The translations under genes and the position numbers were made by a program. A model generated the notes under the pieces. That model ran no database searches and had not been told where the DNA came from. It saw only the letters and a list, made by a program, of their open reading frames with translations. This document shows, in pieces, positions 37,203 to 47,576 of a stretch of 64,000 nucleotides of DNA; positions within the stretch are counted from its first letter, which is position 1; each line of letters opens with the position of its first letter. The DNA is from Candidatus Poribacteria bacterium (GTDB lineage: Bacteria > Poribacteria > WGA-4E > WGA-3G), in contig JAJECN010000037.1 of NCBI GenBank assembly GCA_022821965.1, forward strand, positions 145,656 through 209,655, given 5' to 3'.

Positions 37203-38378
37203 ATGCGAACATCAATCTTAAATTGCAAATTACGCACTATTTGGAAACCGTGCTCCCTGTTTAGTGTCCTTGTTGCGAGTGCCCTCATGCTGACCCAGGT
37301 CCCTGCAGAAGGATACATCGCAAAACGATATACCGTCAGACAAATTGTTTCCGAAAGTACCAATGTCGTATTCGGAACTGTTAGTGAGGTTAACACCAAG
37401 CGAAAAACAGCGAAAGTCAAGGTCGAAGAGAATCTCAAAGGTACCAGCGAATTTCAGGAGATCAAGATCCGACTTGATGTCTACAAAGGAAAAGTGGATC
37501 ATAGAGAAGAGGCAATGCGTCTTATAAAGCAGGATGCGCCGATTATTGTCTTTTATCTCAAAGCAGGCAGACGAATTGATAGCCTCGCCCACATAAGTGG
37601 AAAATGGTTTCAAACCCAAACCACAAAACGGGGAAACGAATGGGGGTGGTGGCTGTTTACACACACTGAAAAATATCTCAATAATGACAAAGTCTCAAGA
37701 CGCGATTCAACACAGGATTTTCAAGAAGAATTGCGTACGCTGCTCAGTGGAGACGCACTTCAACTCCTATTACTCAAAACAGACAGATATGAGTCAGAAC
37801 CGCGTGCTATCGCTGAACTCGACGCTGTAGCAGACTTCGGTTTTGTTTATCATGCAACAACTGACCGAAATTTACCGACACTTCGTGAAGCAGACATCCT
37901 ATGGCTCGGTTTCCGTGCGCTCTCCGAAGGCAGATACCGACTCAACAGGGAACAAGAGCGGAAGATTAAAGAATTCGTAAAGAACGGGGGCATTGTCATT
38001 GCCTCTGGACAAGATAGCGATGACGACCGTCCATGTGAGACAGGGTGGCTACCAGAAGCCCTCAACGGTGTAGAAAGCCCACACCGAAATGATTTCAAAC
38101 CGACAGCCCATGCAGGCGACCTCTTTAAGGCACCCAATCGTATCCGCTCAGGGCAACTCGCACTTGATGATACATGGAACGGATGGAACGAAAAATATCA
38201 AGTCTTGGCAACGACCAACAACGGGAAAGAAATTGTCGTCGCCAAACTGAAATATGGAAAAGGGATGTACCTCGTCACCAGCCTCCGTAACGATAGTGGT
38301 TCACGAGTCTCTAAAAATCGTCGGATGCTTGAGAATCTGGTGCATTTCGCCACAGGATTTCTGGAAGCGTCTAAGTAA
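37203..38378 (+). CDS. Secreted hypothetical protein; C-terminal half possibly GATase1-like (DUF4159-like)
   Basis: N-terminal signal-like segment. The C-terminal pattern KEFVKNGGIVIASGQD...GWLPE...KYGKGMYLVTS resembles class-I glutamine-amidotransferase-like folds. Weak call. Confidence 0.45.
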   Translation: MRTSILNCKLRTIWKPCSLFSVLVASALMLTQVPAEGYIAKRYTVRQIVSESTNVVFGTVSEVNTKRKTAKVKVEENLKGTSEFQEIKIRLDVYKGKVDHREEAMRLIKQDAPIIVFYLKAGRRIDSLAHISGKWFQTQTTKRGNEWGWWLFTHTEKYLNNDKVSRRDSTQDFQEELRTLLSGDALQLLLLKTDRYESEPRAIAELDAVADFGFVYHATTDRNLPTLREADILWLGFRALSEGRYRLNREQERKIKEFVKNGGIVIASGQDSDDDRPCETGWLPEALNGVESPHRNDFKPTAHAGDLFKAPNRIRSGQLALDDTWNGWNEKYQVLATTNNGKEIVVAKLKYGKGMYLVTSLRNDSGSRVSKNRRMLENLVHFATGFLEASK

Positions 38379-38395
38379 CACGCGAGGTAATTACA

Positions 38396-40054
38396 ATGAG
38401 AAAAGCAGAATTAAAATGGCAGTCAGCAATCAGCAATCAGCAGTCAGTCACTCGTTTTTGGCGGATAAAACGCTTTCACGCGCCACACGCCCTACTGAAA
38501 GCCGAAAGCCGAAAACCGAAAGCCAATACAAAATTGCTGCTAATCGTAAGCCTCCCTCTTGTTTTTTTGGCTTCTGCGAGCCATGCACATGCAGTTATCC
38601 CGCAGCTGCTGGGACCTCTCACGGCACTTTTGAGTATTGTCCCACAGATTCTTGCCTTTGTTGGGGTCGCGCTCATCACTGCGCTCGTGTTTGCGCGGGA
38701 CACGACCAAAATGTTTTTCTACAAGTTCCGTGACTTCGTTATTGCTCACAAGGTTATCACCTCTATTTTCAGCGTAATTGTCCTCGTGGGATTCCTATGG
38801 GGAAGCTACAGCCTGGTCAGGATGGCGACGAATCCGACAACTCAGTCGCTTGAAGCAACGGTTCAAAACACGGGTACAGGGAATACACAGGTCAACAAAG
38901 CATGGTCAACTTTTCGAGGTGGAAAAAATCGGACAGGACACGTAGATTCACTCCCCGGTCCAACAAATGAAACACCGGCATGGGTTTTCAGAGAGGAAGA
39001 AGCCATGGCGGTTGACTTCTCTTCGTCACCAGCCATCGTTGGGAATCGCCTCTATATCGGATCGTCACACGGTTCAATATTTTCGCTCGGTGGCGCAACC
39101 TACTGTATTGATACGGAAACACAGAAGGTACTCTGGCGACACGCTTCATCTATCCCAATCTTTTCATCCCCAGCAGTCGCTGGTGGTAGGGTTTATATCG
39201 GTGAAGGCTATCACCACGATAGCGATTGCAGCCTCCGATGCCTTGACGCGAAAACCGGTGAACTCATCTGGTCCTTCCAAACAACAAGCCACGTTGAATC
39301 AACGCCTTTCATCAGCCAGGGCAAGCTCTACTTCACAGCTGGGGCTGATGGGGTTTATTGTATTGATGCATTGGAAGGGCAAGCGATATGGCACTATAAA
39401 GACATTCACGCTGACATGTCCCCTGTTGTGCATAAAGACAAGGCTTACTTCGGCACAGGCTATGGTGATTATCGGATATACGCGGTCAATGCCCAAACAG
39501 GTGCTGAAGCATGGTCAAAGCAGATGCCGTATCCCGTGTGGGGAAGTCCGAGTGTTGATGAGAATCTCGTCTTTTTCGGGCTTGGGAGAGGAAACTTTTC
39601 GGATAGTGCGCCCATACCGGCGGGTAAAGTCGTCGCGCTTGACACAGAAACCGGCGACATCGTATGGGAACATGAGGCAGAGGATGCCGTCATGACAGCG
39701 ATTGCCGTCCAGGAGGGTTCCGTCACCTTCGGTTCGCGCGATGGATACGTCTATTCTCTCCAATCAACAGACGGAAAACTCAACTGGAAAACGCATCTTG
39801 GTGGACCCGTCGTCTCCTCACCCGCTGTGACGATGGACACCATCTATGCCGCAACAAAAAACGGATATATCTATGCCCTCTCTACTAACAATGGAGAGGT
39901 CCAGTGGGAATTTAATATGAGAATTGTTACCCGAAATATAGAACTTTATTCATCACCCGCGATTGCCAATGGACTGCTTTATATCGGTTCAAGCGATCGG
40001 TATATTTTCTGTTTGGGTGGTGAGGACGCTGGCAAAAGCATTGGTAATCGGTAA
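38396..40054 (+). CDS. Membrane-anchored PQQ-like (BamB-type) beta-propeller repeat protein
   Basis: Repeated SSPAxxxGxxYxG / DGxxYxL blades, with hydrophobic helices near the N-terminus. The first ~45 codons are a translated repeat element (QSAISNQQSV). In-frame TTG 38534 (LLLIVSLPLVFLASASHAHA) is a plausible true start. Confidence 0.8.
   Translation: MRKAELKWQSAISNQQSVTRFWRIKRFHAPHALLKAESRKPKANTKLLLIVSLPLVFLASASHAHAVIPQLLGPLTALLSIVPQILAFVGVALITALVFARDTTKMFFYKFRDFVIAHKVITSIFSVIVLVGFLWGSYSLVRMATNPTTQSLEATVQNTGTGNTQVNKAWSTFRGGKNRTGHVDSLPGPTNETPAWVFREEEAMAVDFSSSPAIVGNRLYIGSSHGSIFSLGGATYCIDTETQKVLWRHASSIPIFSSPAVAGGRVYIGEGYHHDSDCSLRCLDAKTGELIWSFQTTSHVESTPFISQGKLYFTAGADGVYCIDALEGQAIWHYKDIHADMSPVVHKDKAYFGTGYGDYRIYAVNAQTGAEAWSKQMPYPVWGSPSVDENLVFFGLGRGNFSDSAPIPAGKVVALDTETGDIVWEHEAEDAVMTAIAVQEGSVTFGSRDGYVYSLQSTDGKLNWKTHLGGPVVSSPAVTMDTIYAATKNGYIYALSTNNGEVQWEFNMRIVTRNIELYSSPAIANGLLYIGSSDRYIFCLGGEDAGKSIGNR
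38419..38524. repeat. Composite heptad-arm element, copy 4
   Basis: Left arm GCAGTCAGCAATCAGCAATCAGCAGTCAGTCAC at 38419-38451. Right arm CTGAAAGCCGAAAGCCGAAAACCGAAAGCC at 38495-38524. Confidence 0.75.
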
Positions 40055-40071
40055 CTGAGGAGAAAATAAAA

Positions 40072-40905
40072 ATGAAAAATTATATTTGCATTGCAACAGC
40101 TTTATTGGTTCTACTCGCAAGTACCATCGCAGATGCACAGTGGCGGAGTAAAACCCATGACGAATATAAGGCACTCACAGGGGTTGATGTTAAGATTGAT
40201 GGTGATCTTGGTGAATGGGATGGAATCCTTGATGCAGTCACAGGCACCGACGGCAAACCTTTCTGTGGTGTCGAATATGAAGGCAACGTCTTTCAGGAAC
40301 ACGGCGGTGGAAAATGGAACGGTGCCAAAGACCACGAAACCTGTTTCATGATTACATGGGACTCAAAAGCTGTCTATATCGGACTTATTGTCACCGACGA
40401 TGAACATGAGCACGCAGCTGCTGCCGCTTGGAACGGAGACGGTGCACAACTCGCTTTTGAAATGAGTGGTAAACGTTCTGCCGGGATACAGATGTTTCTC
40501 TATAACATCGGTTTAGATGATAAAGCAAAGGATATACTCCCGGGGGCACTAAATGAAAATCCCGGTGGAAACGGCATCGTCCCTGGAGATGACATCGCCG
40601 TTATCCGGAACGAAGGCGAAAAGAAAACTTACTACGAACTCAGATTCACCGCTGAAGAATTGCAAGTGAAAGGCGATAAATTCAGTGCGGGAGATAAGTT
40701 CGGTCTCGGCATTTGTGTCAATGACGGGGACAAAGCCGCTGGACAAGGTGGTCAAAAGGGATGGAGCGGATGGTATACCCATTCCATTGTCCACGGAAAG
40801 AATTCCGAGAAAACTGGGCTTGTCACGCTTACCGATGAAGTTCTCGCTGTTGAAGCAGCAAATAAATTAGCGACAACATGGGGTAAATTGAAATCCATCC
40901 GATAA
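40072..40905 (+). CDS. Secreted CBM9/DOMON-like sugar-binding-fold protein with C-terminal NKLATTWGKLK motif
   Basis: Signal peptide ...LLASTIADAQ. IDGDLGEW, WDSKAVYIGLIVTDD and YYELRF match CBM9-like domains. Confidence 0.6.
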   Translation: MKNYICIATALLVLLASTIADAQWRSKTHDEYKALTGVDVKIDGDLGEWDGILDAVTGTDGKPFCGVEYEGNVFQEHGGGKWNGAKDHETCFMITWDSKAVYIGLIVTDDEHEHAAAAAWNGDGAQLAFEMSGKRSAGIQMFLYNIGLDDKAKDILPGALNENPGGNGIVPGDDIAVIRNEGEKKTYYELRFTAEELQVKGDKFSAGDKFGLGICVNDGDKAAGQGGQKGWSGWYTHSIVHGKNSEKTGLVTLTDEVLAVEAANKLATTWGKLKSIR

Positions 40906-40922
40906 CAGGGCAAGTCTCCGAA

Positions 40923-40954
40923 AAAAAGCCGCCAAAAATTTTGGCGGCTTTTTT
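40923..40954 (+). terminator. Rho-independent terminator
   Basis: AAAAAGCCGCCAAAAA/TTTTGGCGGCTTTTTT: a G/C core stem at 40928-40933 and 40943-40948 followed by a T-tract. Confidence 0.85.
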
Positions 40955-40964
40955 ATTCTCATGA

Positions 40965-41063
40965 TTATAGTAGAATCCGAAAATATGTTTACAGTTCGGC
41001 AGGGAACACCCCCCACCCTCGCTGGCGAGGTTTGTAACCTCGCCCTCGTGTTGGTGTATAAAT
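40965..41063 (-). repeat. MITE-like dispersed element, copy B (compact form)
   Basis: Its reverse complement aligns with 5870-5895 plus 6050-6116. The central hairpin is GGCGAGG-ttacaaa-CCTCGCC. Confidence 0.75.
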
Positions 41064-41084
41064 AATTACGGACTTTACTATAAC

Positions 41085-42167
41085 TTAATGATCGTGGTCA
41101 TGATGCCCCGATTTGTTATAGTGTAAGCGGAGTAGATCCACACCAAAATCATCCGCAATATGCCGCCACACGGAATGAATGTGGTTTGCATTATTCTGGG
41201 TGTTGTCATACTCGACAAAGAAGAACGGACCGTGTAACCTATAATAGTGCGGTGTCTTCGGTGTTTCATCGCCTGCCCATGCGAAATGAATATCGTTGAC
41301 ACTTCCCTCGCGTAACTTGCGGAGTTCAATCTGTGCGATTTCGTCAGGGAGACGGTCAATGTACTCATGGACGAGATCCATCAAGAGTTGACGTTGGTGT
41401 GTTTCCATAGATTCTGCGGCTAATCCTTCAACAGCCTCAAATTCAACTTTAGGCACATCGCGCGTCAAAATATCGGAGGGTGCCTCGGTATTGATGATTG
41501 TTTGTCCCTTCTGCGTATTATTCAGACTCGAAAGAAGTTGGCGTGCCACGTCTTCTTCAGCGGAAAGGACTCTCAATCCCTTCTTCTCACCTTCGGGTAC
41601 CTCTGCCGGGTTTGACCCAAAGAAAAATGGATTCGGTGAAATGAGTTCACGATTGACGACAGTAAAGTTAAGTGAGACGTGGTGTCCTTCAGCGCGCCAT
41701 CCCCATGCGCCATTACCCGTTGGATCTCCGAATACAGTGAAAAAATACAAACTTGGATCGCGCATAAGTCGGGCTTCCCCAGCGGCTTGCTCGATCTCAC
41801 CAAGCGTCGTCTCCAAATTTATAATGGCGCGGGCTTTCTGGTATCCTTTCACGCTTAAGCCACTTTCCATGAGCGCGAACGCTGCTTCCTGTTGTTTCGT
41901 GTTTAGTTCTTTAAGAGATACGCCTTCCCGCTCCCACATTTCAATCGGAATATAGTGCCACCGAAACCGTTCGTTTCCATCAAATGGGAGTGCTGCCTTT
42001 TCGCGTAACGGGGGCATCAGTGTGTCCAGAAAGTTCCCAGCTGCTTGTGCCATCCGCGCTGCTGTTTCCGAAGCGGGGATAAACAAAGGCTTCCGTTCGG
42101 AATGAGTATGTGTGTGTGCCACAAAAAGTTCCTCCATTAGTGTAGGATTGCAGCATACAGACAGCAT
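41085..42167 (-). CDS. DUF3500-family protein with His-rich termini
   Basis: GWRAEGHHVSLNFT and YRLHGPFFFVEYDNTQNNANHIHSVWR are DUF3500 hallmarks. HTHTHSE lies near the N-terminus and GHHDHDH at the C-terminus. ATG 42137 is an alternative start. Confidence 0.8.
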   Translation of the reverse strand: MLSVCCNPTLMEELFVAHTHTHSERKPLFIPASETAARMAQAAGNFLDTLMPPLREKAALPFDGNERFRWHYIPIEMWEREGVSLKELNTKQQEAAFALMESGLSVKGYQKARAIINLETTLGEIEQAAGEARLMRDPSLYFFTVFGDPTGNGAWGWRAEGHHVSLNFTVVNRELISPNPFFFGSNPAEVPEGEKKGLRVLSAEEDVARQLLSSLNNTQKGQTIINTEAPSDILTRDVPKVEFEAVEGLAAESMETHQRQLLMDLVHEYIDRLPDEIAQIELRKLREGSVNDIHFAWAGDETPKTPHYYRLHGPFFFVEYDNTQNNANHIHSVWRHIADDFGVDLLRLHYNKSGHHDHDH

Positions 42168-42289
42168 CCTACAACTTAGTTAATTCAGTTTATCTCACGC
42201 AAACTTATTTTAAACCAACTACACCTGAAAATCAAGTGTTTTAATTTAAACAGATGTTTTGGCACTGCATAAATAAAAATTGAAAATTC

Positions 42290-42318
42290 TTGACAACGGT
42301 CAACAAATTCTGTAAACT
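42290..42318 (+). promoter_or_regulatory. Candidate promoter (TTGACA-17-TAAACT) upstream of the ECF sigma gene
   Basis: Hexamers at 42290-42295 and 42313-42318. Confidence 0.4.
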
Positions 42319-42421
42319 TATTCAAACGGCTCTCGTTTAAGAAAGTATTTAGCATGCTATCGTCTACCCCTTGTATCAGGTAAGACACAACTTTCAAACC
42401 GATAGTCACAAGTCGGGAATT

Positions 42422-43003
42422 ATGGACAAATTGATTGACGATGAAATGTTAGTCGCTCAGTTCCAATCGGGTCGCCAAAACGCCTTTGATGAGTTGATGA
42501 AACGTTACAAATCAAAGATTTTCTCGTATCTTCTGCGCTCGGTCAGAAATTACGAGGACGCTGAAGATATCACCATCGAAGTCTTTTTTAAGGCGTACCG
42601 CGCGCTGGAGACTTGGCAACCAAAAGCCAAATTTTCAACGTGGCTTTACAAAATCGCGTCCAATCTCGCTATCGATTACCACCGTACAAAAACGCGACAC
42701 CCCGTCTATGCATTGGAAGACATGGAAGTTCCTGAAGCCAACCTCGTTGCAAACGATCTATACAGTGACCCCGTCAGACAATTGGAAGATCAGGAACGCG
42801 GGCGTATCATCCGCGAGGCAGTCGATCAACTCTCCCCGAAACAGAAAGCAGTCTTTATGTTAAGTCGATATGAAGGCTTGCAACTTAAAGAGGTCGCTGA
42901 AACTCTTGATATGGCAGAAGGGACCGTGAAGATTCACCTTCACCGAGCAGTTAAACGGCTGCAAACGCTATTACGCCCCCTCTGGGAAAACAATGAAATT
43001 TAA
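42422..43003 (+). CDS. ECF-type RNA polymerase sigma-70 factor
   Basis: Region 2 (FDELMKRYKSKIFSYLLR...DAEDITIEVF) and region 4 (LSPKQKAVFMLSRYEGLQLKEVAETLDMAEGTVKIHLHRA). ATG 42422 is within ORF 42371..43003. Confidence 0.9.
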   Translation: MDKLIDDEMLVAQFQSGRQNAFDELMKRYKSKIFSYLLRSVRNYEDAEDITIEVFFKAYRALETWQPKAKFSTWLYKIASNLAIDYHRTKTRHPVYALEDMEVPEANLVANDLYSDPVRQLEDQERGRIIREAVDQLSPKQKAVFMLSRYEGLQLKEVAETLDMAEGTVKIHLHRAVKRLQTLLRPLWENNEI

Positions 43004-43634
43004 AAGAAGAAAGGAGAAAAAACTTATGCCTAAATGTATAAAATCCGAAGGGCAAGCCATTGATTATGTTTACAAACTTCTGTCGCCAGAAGAAGAGGAG
43101 CCCTTCAAGGAACATCTCAAGAACTGTCCGGACTGTACCGAAGCAGTTCAATCCTACGACGCTGTGCTTCAGCTGACAGATAAGGCACAAGCAGAAGTAA
43201 CCGTGCCTGAACTCGCACTTCAAGATATTGAAATGAATGTGTACAAACGGCTCGCATCGACACACGAGCAGACGCTATTTTCACGCATTCGCTCGCACAT
43301 CGCGAACATCCGGTCACCCTTCGGTTGGTATAAAACCGCTGCGGCAAGCAGTATCGCTGCCGCTTTGATCGCCGCTGTCATATTCATTGGAAACCCATTT
43401 CAACCAGAACCGACGTTACAATTGCCTGAAACGCAATCTGCTTATGCTCGGATTGAGGAATACCGTCAGCAGGACATCCAACGAAATCTGGAGGAGGCAT
43501 TGATTACACATCACCTGCGAAACGATGCCTGGGAAACAGAAAGCCGACTTCAACGAATGAAAGAACAAGCACAGGGCACAAATTGGACGAAGGTTGCAGA
43601 TGCACATCTTCAGAATCTCTCTTCAAACAATTAA
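42993..43634 (+). CDS. Anti-sigma factor (zf-HC2) with one TM helix
   Basis: H-x3-C-x2-C (HLKNCPDC), a central TM segment AAASSIAAALIAAVIFI, and overlap with the sigma gene stop. ATG 43026 is an alternative start. Confidence 0.65.
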   Translation: MKFKRRKEKKLMPKCIKSEGQAIDYVYKLLSPEEEEPFKEHLKNCPDCTEAVQSYDAVLQLTDKAQAEVTVPELALQDIEMNVYKRLASTHEQTLFSRIRSHIANIRSPFGWYKTAAASSIAAALIAAVIFIGNPFQPEPTLQLPETQSAYARIEEYRQQDIQRNLEEALITHHLRNDAWETESRLQRMKEQAQGTNWTKVADAHLQNLSSNN

Positions 43635-43894
43635 ATCTGGGCGTTACGCCAAATGTAAATGCAGGGGTACCCATAGCGAATAGCGTATGGGGGACAAATT
43701 ATGCCATTCAAAGCATAATTTCATTCCGCAACGGTTTCTATGGAAGTTGAACACTTGCTCTAGGTTCAAAAAGGTTTTAGACTTCACCGAAACCCATCGC
43801 GAAACGAAGTGGTGAGATTTAACCATCAACTCGCCTCCGTTATAGATGTTAAAGCACGAGTTGATAGTTAACAGGAGGCAATAGTTACAAAAAG

Positions 43895-45862
43895 ATGGAA
43901 ACGCGAAGTAGACTTATACTTCTCCCATACGTGATTTTGATCCTTCTCTTGTGTCCGTTTGCTCACGCGCACCTTGACGAGGTGCACGTCTTAGTCAAGG
44001 CAGGACGCTACGCGGAAGCCAACAAGAAGCTTGAAGCACTTGCCGAATCGACGGAAGAGATTGAGGTGAAAAGTTGGTGCTACTACCATATCGGCGAAAT
44101 CTATTATAATTATACGCACCAGTACACCAAGGCGATTGAGGCTTACAACACAATTCTGAATCTTGAAGAGAAGGGACTTCCGCCAGAGGAGGTCTACCTC
44201 GCCATCATCAAAAAAGGCGATGTCCATAGCCGCATGGGCAACTATCAGGATGCCATCCAAACCTACGATAGGCTGATTAAACTTGCCCCAGCCTCACACT
44301 TTGTGCACAAAACCGGTTTTCAGAAAATTCGGGATATTAATACCGCGCTCGCTGATCTCAGAGAGCAGCAGCGCATTATGATCCAGTACAAAGGCACACC
44401 GCTTGCTGCTATTGCTCAATTCCAGATAGCTGAACTCTACCGGAATCCCTCCCAACTCAATCAACCCGAAAAGGCAATAGCAGAGTACAAGTCACTTTTG
44501 GAAGCACACCCTAATGCAATTATGGCACCAGAAGCGAGATGGCGCATCGCACACGTCCGACATACTGTTCTCAACGAATCAGCCCGAGCAATGGCAACAT
44601 ACAGAAAAGTCATCGACGATTATCCGACCAGCAACTTCGCTGCGGAAGCACTCTTTCAAATGGCAAATATCCATCGTAAAGCGGGAAAGTATTCGTTAGC
44701 AATCCCTGTGTTTGAGAAACTGAAACAGAAATATCCTAACTTCTGGAATATGCACGCTGTCCTCTACTGGACAGGTGTTTGCTATGAGAAAAGCCTGAAC
44801 TATCCGAAAGCGATAGAGGCTTTTGAAACGTTCCTCCATGCCTATCTACCACAACTCGACCCAGGGTATTTAGGGCAGATCTCGATGCATGATAAGAGTA
44901 TTCCTGAAGTGAGCGCAGAAATTGGTAAGAAGGTTGCGCAACTCGCAGAACAGATGGCGGAAGTGGAATTAAGACGATTGGAGACTGCGCTCGCAGACCG
45001 TAACTTCCCGGAGGCACTAAATATCGCCCGAAACCTCATTGCGAGGGCACCGCATACACCTCAGGCAAAACAAGCGGCGGAACAACTTCCCACACTACAA
45101 CAACTTACAGCCATCGAAAACCTACGTGAGCAACTTCAAAACCGAGAGCTTGCCCCTATAGAAGCGGCACGCGCGCGGTTACAAATCGGGACGATCTACG
45201 AACGTAAACCTTTACAGGACTATCCAAAAGCAATTGCGGCATATCAAGAAGTATCGAAACACCACGCCGATTCAATCCATGCCGCTGAAGCACTCTACCG
45301 CAGTGGGCTTGTCTATACGGATCAACTCTCTGCACCTAACGAAGCGATCCAGGCTTACAAGTGGGTTATCGAAACACATCCGAACACTTTACAGGCGATG
45401 ATGGCAAATTTCCAACTGGGCGAACTTTACACCAGCCTACGCCGTTACAACGAGGCACTGCAAGCCTACGAAACCACAATCGGATACCCAGAACGGGATC
45501 GGTATCTCGCAGGTGGATATAAGGACAGTTTCGCTGATAGAGCGCAGTTTCGGATCGGACGCGTTCATTATGATGACAGACGTTACAACGAGGCTCGCTT
45601 TGCTTTCGAGGAGTTCATTCAAAACCGGACCCGTTCCCCGCGCCTCGCTGCCGCTTACGTCTACCTCGCCGCCATAAACGAAAATCAGGGTCAAACAGCG
45701 CAGGCCGCCTATTATTACGAAAGGGCGGAAGAGCACCTCACGGATAATCATATCCAAATGACAATGCTCATAGAGGAAGTCAGTGCTCTCGGAAATCTGC
45801 AAACTACGGATTCAGATGCGGTTATGCGGTCGCTCGAAAGCAAGCGAAAACAGCTTAAATAG
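43895..45862 (+). CDS. Secreted tetratricopeptide-repeat protein
   Basis: Signal peptide followed by more than 10 TPR/YbgF-like repeats (A..Y..vi..yP.s..a..A). Confidence 0.8.
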   Translation: METRSRLILLPYVILILLLCPFAHAHLDEVHVLVKAGRYAEANKKLEALAESTEEIEVKSWCYYHIGEIYYNYTHQYTKAIEAYNTILNLEEKGLPPEEVYLAIIKKGDVHSRMGNYQDAIQTYDRLIKLAPASHFVHKTGFQKIRDINTALADLREQQRIMIQYKGTPLAAIAQFQIAELYRNPSQLNQPEKAIAEYKSLLEAHPNAIMAPEARWRIAHVRHTVLNESARAMATYRKVIDDYPTSNFAAEALFQMANIHRKAGKYSLAIPVFEKLKQKYPNFWNMHAVLYWTGVCYEKSLNYPKAIEAFETFLHAYLPQLDPGYLGQISMHDKSIPEVSAEIGKKVAQLAEQMAEVELRRLETALADRNFPEALNIARNLIARAPHTPQAKQAAEQLPTLQQLTAIENLREQLQNRELAPIEAARARLQIGTIYERKPLQDYPKAIAAYQEVSKHHADSIHAAEALYRSGLVYTDQLSAPNEAIQAYKWVIETHPNTLQAMMANFQLGELYTSLRRYNEALQAYETTIGYPERDRYLAGGYKDSFADRAQFRIGRVHYDDRRYNEARFAFEEFIQNRTRSPRLAAAYVYLAAINENQGQTAQAAYYYERAEEHLTDNHIQMTMLIEEVSALGNLQTTDSDAVMRSLESKRKQLK

Positions 45863-45971
45863 ATACAGCGTTGGGTTTTGCTGCGTTCAAAGAGAAAAAA
45901 ATGAGAAAGAGTTTGGAAAGATATGCGATTAGGGTATTATTTCCCGCTAAAAATCCCATCGGAGAAAAGGA

Positions 45972-47576
45972 ATGAGACATTTTGGGACCGAAGGTCGCTT
46001 GTATCTTGAGGATAACTATATTGTCCCACGCACAGAAGAGACTGCCAACTTCATTAACCGCATCAAACAGGGCAAATACATTGTGCTCTTCGCGCCGCGT
46101 CAAACCGGCAAAACGACCTTTTTTCAACTGGCACTTGACGAGTTGACAGCCGAAGAACCGACCTACTTCCCAATTCAGCTGAACTTTGAGGAATACGAAG
46201 ACTACGCCCCTCCCGATTTTTATACCTACTTCTATAGGGACGTTCGCAAAGAAATTGAAGGCATTTTTCGGAAACGCGGGGAGGTTCCGTCTGAAACACT
46301 AATACAATTCTTAGATAACGTGAAGATAATCGATCACGTTTTGATGAGAATGTTTTTTGAAGAACTGGCAGGTTTTCTAAAAAATCAGAAGGTTGTCCTC
46401 CTCATTGACGAATTTGATGCTATTCCACGAGATGCGGTTACGGGGTTCCTGCGTTCGTTACGCCGTATCTATCTTTCGGGGCGGACGCGATGTCCGCACA
46501 GCGTCGGCATTGTTGGTATCAAGAATATCATCCAACTCAACTACGATAGGTCCGTATCACCCTTCAATATTCAGCAGGAATTCCATTTACCTAACTTTAC
46601 GCTTGAACAGGTGCAAGAACTCCTTGCCCAATACACCGATGAAGTTGGTCAGTCATTCGCGTCCGAGGTCGTAACTGCTATTCACAAACAGACTGCCGGA
46701 CAACCCGTGCTTGTCAACCGATTCGCGCAGATTCTCACCGAGGAATTGGACATCCCGAAAACTGAGTCCATTACGATGGAACACTTTACGACAGCACACG
46801 CACAACTCCTACACACAAGGAATACCAACATTGCGCATCTAACAACCAATATCCGTAGAGACCAACGTTTTGAGAGCATGCTGATGCGCATCATGGCAAA
46901 TGATGATGGTGTGCCCTTCAACCTCCACAACGACATTATTAATCAACTCGCCACTTATGGTGTCATCAAAGAAGGGACTGACGGTATGTGTGAGATCCTC
47001 AATCCGATCTATCTCTATTGCATCCTGCAGGCATTCAAACCTGTTGTAAATGGATTGGAGGAAGCGTACTTCCCAGAAGATTATGATTATCTCACACCTA
47101 CAGGACAGATTGAATTAGGGGCGTTACTTGATAACTTTCGAGATTTTATTGCTCGTGCCGGGTTTAGAATTCTACAAGTACCAGACACTCCACAAGAGTC
47201 AGTAGGACGGCACCTTCTGCTCGCCTATATTGATGAGTTTGTTAGACGCATTGGCGGTGTTATGCACATTGAAGCGCAAACAGGTCGTGGACGGATGGAC
47301 ATCATTCTTACGCACAACAATCGAAAATATATCATTGAAACAAAAATTTGGAGAGGTAACAACCGCTATCAAACAGGCAAGCAGCAGCTCGCTGCTTATC
47401 TCAAATTGGAAGGAGCCACCGAAGGATACTACGTTGTCTTTGATCATCGAAAAGAGGCAGAACCGCGTGTAGAAACGGAGACACTCGCAGGAAACCTAAC
47501 GATTCGGAGTTATGTTATTCCTGTGATTCAAGAAATTCCTTCACGCAAAACCGATTTCGCACCTTTAAGCAATTAG
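45972..47576 (+). CDS. AAA-ATPase-like protein fused to a PD-(D/E)XK nuclease domain
   Basis: Walker A APRQTGKTT and Walker B VVLLIDEFD. The C-terminal GRGRMDIIL...YIIETKIW carries the D...ExK nuclease motif. Confidence 0.8.
   Translation: MRHFGTEGRLYLEDNYIVPRTEETANFINRIKQGKYIVLFAPRQTGKTTFFQLALDELTAEEPTYFPIQLNFEEYEDYAPPDFYTYFYRDVRKEIEGIFRKRGEVPSETLIQFLDNVKIIDHVLMRMFFEELAGFLKNQKVVLLIDEFDAIPRDAVTGFLRSLRRIYLSGRTRCPHSVGIVGIKNIIQLNYDRSVSPFNIQQEFHLPNFTLEQVQELLAQYTDEVGQSFASEVVTAIHKQTAGQPVLVNRFAQILTEELDIPKTESITMEHFTTAHAQLLHTRNTNIAHLTTNIRRDQRFESMLMRIMANDDGVPFNLHNDIINQLATYGVIKEGTDGMCEILNPIYLYCILQAFKPVVNGLEEAYFPEDYDYLTPTGQIELGALLDNFRDFIARAGFRILQVPDTPQESVGRHLLLAYIDEFVRRIGGVMHIEAQTGRGRMDIILTHNNRKYIIETKIWRGNNRYQTGKQQLAAYLKLEGATEGYYVVFDHRKEAEPRVETETLAGNLTIRSYVIPVIQEIPSRKTDFAPLSN

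Noticed and set aside
43644-43829. 61-aa minus-strand ORF between the anti-sigma and TPR genes.
   Set aside because: There is no homology signal, and it overlaps a 9-bp stem (43825-43833 / 43857-43865) in the probable 5' leader of the TPR gene. It is likely non-coding.
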